DNA of 64,000 nt, taken from NCBI GenBank assembly GCA_016218965.1, contig JACRCP010000399.1, positions 4,710-68,709 of the forward strand. Direction: 5' to 3'. The notes beneath the pieces are model-generated. The model ran no database searches. It was not told where the DNA came from and saw only the letters and a program-made list of their open reading frames with translations. Shown piece after piece: positions 9,184 to 16,551 of the stretch (position 1 is its first letter; every line of letters begins with the position of its first letter). The position numbers were made by a program, and so were the translations under genes. The DNA comes from Deltaproteobacteria bacterium. Lineage in GTDB: Bacteria; Myxococcota; SpSt-1050; JACRCP01.

Positions 9184-10089
9184 TCAATCGAATTCGTAGC
9201 CGCCGCCCAGGATGACCCCGATCCCCGTGGCGTCGGCGAATGCCTCGTCCAATACGGGCACTGCGACCGCAAGGCCGAAGTGCCAAATCTTTGCCGGGAG
9301 GAAACGCACGCCCGGCGTCACGAACCCCCGGTTCTTCCCGCGATCGATGTCGCGGTCGTACGACAGCTCGACGAACACGGTGAGCTTTTCCTCGGGAAAA
9401 TGGTACGGAAGGACCGCGTCGACGGCGAAACCCCGCGACGCATCGGCGTACCACGCCCCGGCGTACGTCTTTGTTTCGAACGCGTGGTGCCATGTGACGT
9501 TGAGCTGCGGCGCAAAGGCGCCGAACCTCAAGGCCGCGATCGCGAACGGCGCGAGCGTGTGCGAGACCCCGCGGCCGGTGGCCGCCGCGTCTGTGATCCC
9601 GGCATTCAAGGCGGCGTCAAACCTCGCGCCGCCGTACAGGCGCCACGAGTCGCGCTCGACCGCGGCGGCGCGGACGTCGAGCGTCAGGACCTGCATGACG
9701 GCGTCGTCGGCGCTCCGGTCGGGGTTGAACGAAAGAGGCACGCGCACGCCCGCCGACACGGGGCCGAATTTCTTGTACGCGGAGAGCTCGAGCGGCTCGA
9801 CCGAAACTTGCGTCCCCAGCGCGCTCTTGTTCGAGTCCGGAATGGAATTGAGCCGCAGCATGGCGCCCGCCCCGTCCAAAAGCCGGGCCGGCGCCGCGAC
9901 GAACGGATCGAAGACGGCCTTGTTGGCGCTTGAAGCGGTCGCAGTTTTTTCAGGCGCGACCACCGGCGCCGGCGTTTCGGCCACCGGGGCCTTCGAAGGG
10001 GCGGCGGTCCCCGTGGGTTCCTGGCCCGCGAACGCGGCAGAGGGCGCGAGAAGGAGCAAGGCGCAGATCAGGCGATTCATGGCCGTCAT
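9184..10089 (-). CDS. putative outer-membrane beta-barrel protein (MetA-pathway/transporter-like family)
   Basis: Signal peptide MNRLICALLLLAPSAAFAG. Alternating amphipathic beta-strand pattern. C-terminus ends GGGYEF(D). Length 301 aa. Confidence 0.5.
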   Translation of the reverse strand: MTAMNRLICALLLLAPSAAFAGQEPTGTAAPSKAPVAETPAPVVAPEKTATASSANKAVFDPFVAAPARLLDGAGAMLRLNSIPDSNKSALGTQVSVEPLELSAYKKFGPVSAGVRVPLSFNPDRSADDAVMQVLTLDVRAAAVERDSWRLYGGARFDAALNAGITDAAATGRGVSHTLAPFAIAALRFGAFAPQLNVTWHHAFETKTYAGAWYADASRGFAVDAVLPYHFPEEKLTVFVELSYDRDIDRGKNRGFVTPGVRFLPAKIWHFGLAVAVPVLDEAFADATGIGVILGGGYEFD

Positions 10090-10127
10090 TTACCACCGAT
10101 CGGCCGCGCGCGGCAAGGGCGGCGAAC

Positions 10128-11006
10128 TCAAAGATGATCAACCGTCTCGGCGGCGTGGTACGAGCTACGGACGAGCGGGCCGGAGAGGACGTGGCTGAAG
10201 CCGAGATCCCTCGCGTCGGCGGCCAGCTCATCGAACTCAAAGGGAGTGCAGTAACGCGCCACCTCGATGTTGGCCCGCCGCGGCCGGAGGTACTGGCCGA
10301 TCGTCAGGACCTCGACGCCGGCCCGGTGCAGATCGCGAAAACACTCCGACAACTGCTCGCGCGTCTCGCCCAGGCCGACCATGAGGCCGGATTTCACAAC
10401 AACAGGCTGTAGGCTGCAGGCTGTAGGCTGTGGGCCGCACCTGCGGAGCAGGGCGAGCGAGCGGTCGTAGTCCGCCTGGGGGCGGACTTCGGGGTAAAGG
10501 GCGCGGACTGTTTCGATATTGTGGTTCAGGACGTCGGGGCACGCCTTGAGCACACAGCCGAGCGCGTCGACATCGCCGTGGAAATCGGGGATGAGGACCT
10601 CCACTGTTGCACCGGGCAGAAGATCGCGGCAGGCCCTGACGCACGCGGCGAAATGCCCTGCGCCTCCGTCCGGGAGGTCGTCGCGCGTGACCGAGGTGAT
10701 GACCACGTGGCGGAGCCCAAGCCGTTTGGCCTCTGCGGCCACCCTGCGCGGTTCGTCGGGATCGGGCGCGTCGGGCACGCCGTGTCTTACCGCGCAGAAT
10801 GTGCAGTCGCGCGTGCAGGCGTCGCCGAGTATGAGGAACGTGGCCGTCCCCGCGCCAAAACACTCGCCCGCGTTTGGGCACCGCGCCTCCTCGCAGACGG
10901 TGTGGAGACCCCCCTCCCGAAGCCGCGCCCGAAGTGCGTGCGTCGTTCCCCGCGGCACCTGCCGCGCGCGGAGCCAGGGGGGGAGTCTGACGTGAGGGAC
11001 AGGCAT
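10128..11006 (-). CDS. lipA: lipoyl synthase
   Basis: Auxiliary cluster CEEARCPNAGEC and radical SAM cluster CTRDCTFC. Conserved KSGLMVGLGET and LTIGQYL motifs. Length 292 aa. Confidence 0.9.
   Translation of the reverse strand: MPVPHVRLPPWLRARQVPRGTTHALRARLREGGLHTVCEEARCPNAGECFGAGTATFLILGDACTRDCTFCAVRHGVPDAPDPDEPRRVAAEAKRLGLRHVVITSVTRDDLPDGGAGHFAACVRACRDLLPGATVEVLIPDFHGDVDALGCVLKACPDVLNHNIETVRALYPEVRPQADYDRSLALLRRCGPQPTACSLQPVVVKSGLMVGLGETREQLSECFRDLHRAGVEVLTIGQYLRPRRANIEVARYCTPFEFDELAADARDLGFSHVLSGPLVRSSYHAAETVDHL
10403..10430. repeat. tandem heptanucleotide repeat (CAGGCTG/CAGCCTR x4) inside lipA coding sequence
   Basis: Seen directly: caggctgtaggctg occurs twice in tandem at 10403-10430. 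Confidence 0.8.
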
Positions 11007-11160
11007 GCCACGATTCTACGGGCAGAGGGCGTACGAAACAAGCCGGGTACGCGCAAGGGAACGGGTCCATCGACACAGGGGACCTTCCGAGCCTGCCGGC
11101 GGTGGCGACCAACAAACCGGAAAGTACCATTCTTCTCCATGTGTAGCTTCTGATGGTTGC

Positions 11161-11829
11161 TCATTTGACATAGGCTCGGATGTCTCCAGCCCAATCGAGT
11201 TTCTTCACATGGGCAAAGCAAGTATCCGGACCCAGCTTCGCAAAGTCGTCGCGCGTCCAGATGTGGGCGACGCGAGAGCCCCACCAGAACTCGGATCGAT
11301 CCTGGATGTCTCCCGGCAGCACAGAGGCCCAGAGAAGTTCGTCGTTCGGCTTGCTCACCCTTTCGCAGAAGCTTCGATCCATCGCTCCCGCCCATTGGGC
11401 ATTGGCGTAGTAGACACCGCAGTTGACTACGGCCCAGTAGTTCTGAATGTGGATGAACTTCGGCGTCCCGTGCGCGCGACACCATTTCCAGAATGCCTCG
11501 TCCGGCCTCTTGAGTTGGACGGTGTCCCAGTCCAACCACAGAAACTCGCCGAATTCTTTCAGTGCCCACCGGCACATCCAGTGCTTCATCTTGTGGGCTG
11601 AGTCCCGATGGATCTCCAAGGGTGCATCATCGAAGACGCGGTGGACGCGCAGCCCGAACCCTTCGAGCTGGCGGGCAGACCCATCGTCCCCGGCCAGCAC
11701 GAGCAGATCGTCCCGGTAACCCGGATTGATGGCCAAACTGGCGGGGATCTCGGCGAGCGTGAACTTCGGCAGTTGCGTCACTCCCCCGCGGGTGTACGGA
11801 TAGAGCCCCGCTATCGCCGGAGGCGGCAT
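11161..11829 (-). CDS. hypothetical protein (Trp-rich; possible glycosyltransferase-like fold)
   Basis: ATG at complement 11829 overlaps the stop of the upstream gene, consistent with translational coupling. High GC3. No confident domain recognised. Confidence 0.5.
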   Translation of the reverse strand: MPPPAIAGLYPYTRGGVTQLPKFTLAEIPASLAINPGYRDDLLVLAGDDGSARQLEGFGLRVHRVFDDAPLEIHRDSAHKMKHWMCRWALKEFGEFLWLDWDTVQLKRPDEAFWKWCRAHGTPKFIHIQNYWAVVNCGVYYANAQWAGAMDRSFCERVSKPNDELLWASVLPGDIQDRSEFWWGSRVAHIWTRDDFAKLGPDTCFAHVKKLDWAGDIRAYVK

Positions 11830-13160
11830 ATCGCTTCCTCTCGGACTCCCCATCCCTGGTCGGCGGCATTGTCGAATCGCTGGAGCATCCCTCGTTGCAT
11901 TTCTGCGTCCTGCTGTTCGAACACCCTCCACGCGTTTGCTTCCTCGTCGGGCGGGAGCGTATAGCACAGGTCCGCAGCGTACTTGCGCATGCGACCGATG
12001 GTGGAAAGGACATGCTTCCAATTCGTGAGAGGCTTGAGCAAAAGGATCTCGCGTCGCTCAACCGATTCGATCGCGAGAGGTTCGATGACCGCGCGCCAGT
12101 AACTATCGGGCCGATGCTCCACGCCGACGGCCGAGAGTCCAATGTCAAAGCGAGCGAGGCGGGCCTCGAGCGTGCCCGGCTCGGTCTTGCGCTGTATCTC
12201 CAGCACACGGTTCCCGATCCTGAACGCCTCCGAATACGCCCTTTCCGGGAGCACGACCGCTCCGCGTTCGACCAAGGTCTTGATCAACGCCGCACGATCT
12301 TCGGGAGAGGGTGCCCACAAATCCAGATCCCTAGGACGACGGCCGTTCAGAAGCGCCTTGAACGCGCCGCCCGCGAAGAAAAATCGAGCGGGGCATTCGC
12401 TCCCGACGATCGGAGTGAGGTCCCACTTGGCGAATTCGATGACGTCAGTCTCGTTGAGCCCCACGAGCTGGGCCTCACCCCTTGTTCGGCGGTATTCGCG
12501 ATAGACCGTATGAAGCCCTTCGCAGTCGCGCCAGAAGAAAGCCGCTTCGAGGTACCAGGGCCAATCGCGTTTCCCGAGACACACACCCGCCAGCCTCGCG
12601 ACGGTCGCGGTGACCAGCGAATCGTGCGTCACGAAAACATGCAGGCCCGGGCTGCCACGCGCCTTCGCGAGCATGTGATGAACCAGATACCGCGCCGCGA
12701 ACTCGGGCAACGTCATCCCGGGGAGTGCGTGGTCGGCCGAAACAAGTTTCGCCATTACCGATTCGTGGTCGCTCTTTTCCCAGTTTCGGTACGCCAGCTC
12801 ACCGTCCAGAACATAGATGCCGGGATGGCCCAACGTCGTGTCCGGTTGTGTTGGCAGATTGGTACCGGCTCCCACTCCGATCTCCACGGCCGTTTGCACG
12901 CAACGAAGGACCGGGCTCGCCGAAAGTGACCTCAAACGTCCCGAAATCCGCTGACCCAAGGACCGGGCAATTCGAATGCCATCATCCGTAATTGGCAACG
13001 TGAAGCCTTCTTCGCCCGCGCGCAGCGGCGGCCGAACCGAATGGCGAATGAGCATTGCGACCGGCAAATCGGCGGGCATTCGCTCAAGCCACGTGACCGT
13101 AGACGACGGCACCTGCCAGTCGATGAAATCACCCATTTGAACCTCCTCTGAGAACGACAA
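11811..13160 (-). CDS. fusion protein: histidine phosphatase (PGAM-like, RHS motif) N-terminal domain plus Pol-beta-superfamily nucleotidyltransferase C-terminal domain
   Basis: LIRHSVRPP (RHG-type motif) is followed by histidine-phosphatase-like features. The C-terminal half carries FFFAGGAFKALLNGRRPRDLDLW, matching the G[GS]-x9-13-DxD NTase motif. Confidence 0.6.
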   Translation of the reverse strand: MSFSEEVQMGDFIDWQVPSSTVTWLERMPADLPVAMLIRHSVRPPLRAGEEGFTLPITDDGIRIARSLGQRISGRLRSLSASPVLRCVQTAVEIGVGAGTNLPTQPDTTLGHPGIYVLDGELAYRNWEKSDHESVMAKLVSADHALPGMTLPEFAARYLVHHMLAKARGSPGLHVFVTHDSLVTATVARLAGVCLGKRDWPWYLEAAFFWRDCEGLHTVYREYRRTRGEAQLVGLNETDVIEFAKWDLTPIVGSECPARFFFAGGAFKALLNGRRPRDLDLWAPSPEDRAALIKTLVERGAVVLPERAYSEAFRIGNRVLEIQRKTEPGTLEARLARFDIGLSAVGVEHRPDSYWRAVIEPLAIESVERREILLLKPLTNWKHVLSTIGRMRKYAADLCYTLPPDEEANAWRVFEQQDAEMQRGMLQRFDNAADQGWGVREEAICRLRR

Positions 13161-13848
13161 CCGTCGTCCCGGTTTCGTCGATCACCTCAAGCCCTCCGTC
13201 CTGACGCTCGACCCTTGCCTGCCCGTTGTAAAACGGCTCGACCGCCGCGAACCGACGTGAATAAATAGGGCGACCTGCGAAATCGACGTGCAGCCAACCC
13301 GCTTGATCGCGCGATCTCGCAAAGCCCTTGTGAAACACGTCGAGGTCCAGAAACCAGCGACCGTGAGTTGGCCGGCCTCTGACGTCAACATGCGTCGAGA
13401 GTCCGTTGTCTGCCTGCACGACGGCGATACCGTCGCGGTAGTCTCCGGCGTACCGCCATCGCGCCTCGTAGGCCGGTTGGCCGTCCAGTTGGATGTGGAG
13501 GTAACGGCCTTTTTCGTCTCGCACGGTGCAACGGCCTCCTTGGAAGTTGCCGCACCATGCGTATCGTTGCGAGTAAGCGTCGGCCCCACCGGGGCCGACA
13601 TGATGCCAACCGTCACGCGACACAACCGCCGCCCGATCCTCATAGAATCCGAACGTGCGGGCGAACCGGCGAGCGTATGCGGGACTGCCGTCGATGCCGA
13701 TGTGCCACGCCTCTTCTCCCCGCTTCACTGGGGCGAAACCCGGTGCATGGTATGCGAGTACCTCGTCGTACCTCTCCACGTACAACGGCCTCCCCGCCCG
13801 AAGGTGATGGGTCCGGTCGGGAGCCACGTGTGTTTCAGCCCAGGTCAT
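13129..13848 (-). CDS. WG repeat-containing protein
   Basis: Four or more repeats of the type AY..RF....F.DGxAxV.....W..(I/V)D..G.P. ATG at complement 13848 has a perfect GGAGGTG RBS and overlaps the stop of the upstream gene. Confidence 0.65.
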   Translation of the reverse strand: MTWAETHVAPDRTHHLRAGRPLYVERYDEVLAYHAPGFAPVKRGEEAWHIGIDGSPAYARRFARTFGFYEDRAAVVSRDGWHHVGPGGADAYSQRYAWCGNFQGGRCTVRDEKGRYLHIQLDGQPAYEARWRYAGDYRDGIAVVQADNGLSTHVDVRGRPTHGRWFLDLDVFHKGFARSRDQAGWLHVDFAGRPIYSRRFAAVEPFYNGQARVERQDGGLEVIDETGTTVVVLRGGSNG

Positions 13849-16094
13849 GTCGTCACCTCCAAGGGTTGTCTCATGTTGCAGATTCGGCAGTTCGGATGGC
13901 TGCCCCACCCTGCGACGAACTTCCGGTACCGCTCCGATGTCCAGATATCCATGAACGAACGCTCCAACAGGTTCCCGAACTTCCCAAACGCCGCACGTTC
14001 TTTGCTGGGACAACAACAGACCTGAAAGGAGCCGTCGGCGTCGATCCACGCTTCTCTGCCGAGAAACGGACAACGGGTAGTGCCGGAGTCTGGAAGAGTC
14101 GTCTCGGGCGAAAGGCTGTCAACATTCGCCAACACGATCCTTCGATCGTTCGGCAACGTTTCCTTTGCGGCGATCCGATGCAAAGCATCCACCACGCGAT
14201 TCCAACGAGTCGCACTTTCCCGGGAGCGGCGAAGGGACTGTTCCGGAAGCTCAGGCCAGGTCACCCAAAGGTGATGCCCCTTGAACCGATCCATCCGGTG
14301 TTCGATCGCCCACAAGAGCAGCTTCGGCAGTTGGTCGAGGTTGTCCTCCATGAACGTCACCTGGAGCGTGGCGGTGCTGACGCGACCGGTCTTTTGCTCG
14401 TACCGTCGCTTCAAAGCCATGTAGTGCGCAACATCCTCCAACTGTCGAACTGGACGGAGGCCCTTCATGATGGCCTCTGCCGTCTGTGGATCGAAGCCGT
14501 TGATGCTGAACTTGACGTCGGACGCCACCGGCAGGATCTCCGCCGCCCAAGCCTCGACGCCTTTTTGGGGGAACGTACCGTTCGTGGTCAGGTTCACTTT
14601 CACGTCGGTGCGCGCCGCCAACTCCAGCATCTGGGAGAACTGTGGGTACAGCAACGGTTCGCCCATAGTCGAGGGGATGATTTCCTGCAGGCCGCGTTGA
14701 GTCAGTTCCACCACCGTTCGTTCCACCAAGGCGAAATCCAGTAGCGGGAGCGCCGCCGGCGAGTCAGTCGAAAAGTGGCTGTGAGTATCACACATGCGGC
14801 AATGCAGATTGCACAGACCCGGGTTGGTGACGAATGTAACTCGACGAGGCGCCGGACGAAGAGGCAAGATTGGCCTCTCCCTGTCCCGAAGCAGTCTCAT
14901 GTATATGCGCTCGATCGATGCGGCGTCCTCATGGATTGTTCGGACGCTCCCCCGCTGCGGACGCAAGTCCGTCAAGAGATCGGGTTGGTCGATCACCTTC
15001 TGTAGCAACGCAGAGAGGGCCTTCTTGTCGCCGAGTGGAAACAACAGACCATTCTTGCCGTCGCGGACGAGCTCCGCCATTCCTCCCGCGTGAGATGTGA
15101 TTACGGGGACCTCCGCCAACAGCGCCTCTTGGATCACCAGCGGGGAGTTCTCCGACCAAACGGACGGGACGACCAAGACGTCCATGCTTTTCAGCGCATC
15201 GTTTACCTCACCGTTGTGGTAGGCCCCGTTAAAGCGGACGCGCGGGTCGTTGTTGCACAATGCGCCGAGCCACGATCGTTGGGAATCTACCGCTCCCCAT
15301 ACATTCAGCGTCGCCGCGCCGCGTGTTGCGGTGAAGGCCCTCAACAGAAGATCGATTCCCTTCGCCGGAATGATGCGGCCCATGAAACCGAAGCGCACAG
15401 GGCTGTCGCTTTTGACCTTCGGCCGAAGGTGGATTCGTTCGACATCGAATCCGTACGGGGAAAAAATGACGCTGTCGGCGGGCACCCCCTGTGCAGTGAA
15501 AAACGACTCAAGCGTCCGCGACGGCGCAAGGAACACATCAATTTGCCTTGTCACTTCCTGCATGTGCCGGCGGTACTCTTGGACCTGCCGCAGATCGATC
15601 CAGTCTTTGAAAAAGTGCCGAGCGCACTCATAGCAGTCGGCTGTTGAAGGTCCAGCGCACAACCTCATTTCGGGTCGGAGCAGTTGGCCGCGGAAGCAGA
15701 ACATCCAGAAATCGTGGATGGTCAGGAGAGTCGGGAGGCCGAACTCCCCCTTGGCGATGGCGGGAAGTTGGGTAGAGAGGTGCGAAAGGTGGCCGAAGTG
15801 GACGACGTCGGGGTTCGTATCCCGAAGCATCGCACGAAAGGCGTCATCCATACGGGGATCAAGGTATTTGTCGCGAAACGTGTAGTCGCGCGCCGGTTTG
15901 TTGACCCGTCGCATTTCGACCCCGTCCTCGCGAGTTCCGGTGACCTCATACGGCTTGGCGTACGGGTTTTCGACACGAGTGAACACGAACACCTCGTGGC
16001 TTTTCGCGAGTTGTCGGCAAAGGTTCCACGTGTAGACCTCTGAGCCCGCCATGTAGTGTGGGGGGTAGCCGTGAATCACTTGGAGCAGCTTCAA
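13845..16094 (-). CDS. bifunctional glycosyltransferase family 4 (GT4) / radical SAM (twitch/SPASM-like) fusion protein
   Basis: TTG start with an AAGGAGG RBS 6 nt upstream yields MKLLQVIHGYPP, a typical GT4 N-terminus. GT4 EX7E motif ENSPLVIQE is present. The C-terminal half carries CNLHCRMC (CxxxCxxC) and C-x13-G-x4-C ... CRIC auxiliary-cluster cysteines. Confidence 0.75.
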   Translation of the reverse strand: MKLLQVIHGYPPHYMAGSEVYTWNLCRQLAKSHEVFVFTRVENPYAKPYEVTGTREDGVEMRRVNKPARDYTFRDKYLDPRMDDAFRAMLRDTNPDVVHFGHLSHLSTQLPAIAKGEFGLPTLLTIHDFWMFCFRGQLLRPEMRLCAGPSTADCYECARHFFKDWIDLRQVQEYRRHMQEVTRQIDVFLAPSRTLESFFTAQGVPADSVIFSPYGFDVERIHLRPKVKSDSPVRFGFMGRIIPAKGIDLLLRAFTATRGAATLNVWGAVDSQRSWLGALCNNDPRVRFNGAYHNGEVNDALKSMDVLVVPSVWSENSPLVIQEALLAEVPVITSHAGGMAELVRDGKNGLLFPLGDKKALSALLQKVIDQPDLLTDLRPQRGSVRTIHEDAASIERIYMRLLRDRERPILPLRPAPRRVTFVTNPGLCNLHCRMCDTHSHFSTDSPAALPLLDFALVERTVVELTQRGLQEIIPSTMGEPLLYPQFSQMLELAARTDVKVNLTTNGTFPQKGVEAWAAEILPVASDVKFSINGFDPQTAEAIMKGLRPVRQLEDVAHYMALKRRYEQKTGRVSTATLQVTFMEDNLDQLPKLLLWAIEHRMDRFKGHHLWVTWPELPEQSLRRSRESATRWNRVVDALHRIAAKETLPNDRRIVLANVDSLSPETTLPDSGTTRCPFLGREAWIDADGSFQVCCCPSKERAAFGKFGNLLERSFMDIWTSERYRKFVAGWGSHPNCRICNMRQPLEVTT

Positions 16095-16485
16095 GTCCGC
16101 CTCCTTTGCGGGCACGCACCCGCATCGGTTGCGAAAACGCGCCCGTTTTGGACACACGTCTCTCTTTTTTGGTTTGTGTTGCGCACGAGAGGCCTCCGAT
16201 CCTCTTTGGGGAGTCCATCCGGACAGCCATCTAGAACGCCTGGAGCACGGCGCGCCATTGCAACACTTGCTGGAATGTGGATGTTGTCAAAATGTTGGTC
16301 ACCCGATTGATCTCCGGGGTACCCACTGTCACCTGGGATGCGCTCCCGAGGTCAGCCCGACCGTGGCCAGTTTGCGCGGCGGGTACGTAGCATAAACGAT
16401 ATCCATTCGTTCTAGGCAAACTCAACTTCCGGCTTCCGGCTTGGCCTCGCCCTGACTGACGGCCTTTGGAAGTCCGGTGTCGTGC

Positions 16486-16541
16486 CGGCGAGCAAGCTCG
16501 CCGGAATGAAAGGCGCAAGCGAGCTTGCGCACTCCAAAACG
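16486..16541 (-). terminator. two tandem GC-rich hairpins downstream of the beta-propeller gene (candidate terminator, no U-tract)
   Basis: ccggcgag-caag-ctcgccgg and gcgcaag-cgag-cttgcgc stems, read directly. Confidence 0.25.
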
Positions 16542-16551
16542 CGGCGCGCGC

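Noticed and set aside
7099-9215. Two ~670-aa ORFs (7099..9129 minus, 7200..9215 plus)
   Set aside because: Alternate-frame or antisense to the signal-peptide-bearing 6729..9161 gene. Extreme Arg/Gly/Pro content.
10237-11130. 297-aa minus ORF overlapping lipA
   Set aside because: Alternate frame of lipA. lipA motifs are unambiguous in the chosen frame.
15946-16230. 94-aa minus ORF running into the GT4-rSAM start
   Set aside because: Out of frame with the GT4 gene, which has an excellent RBS and TTG start. Reads through the RBS.
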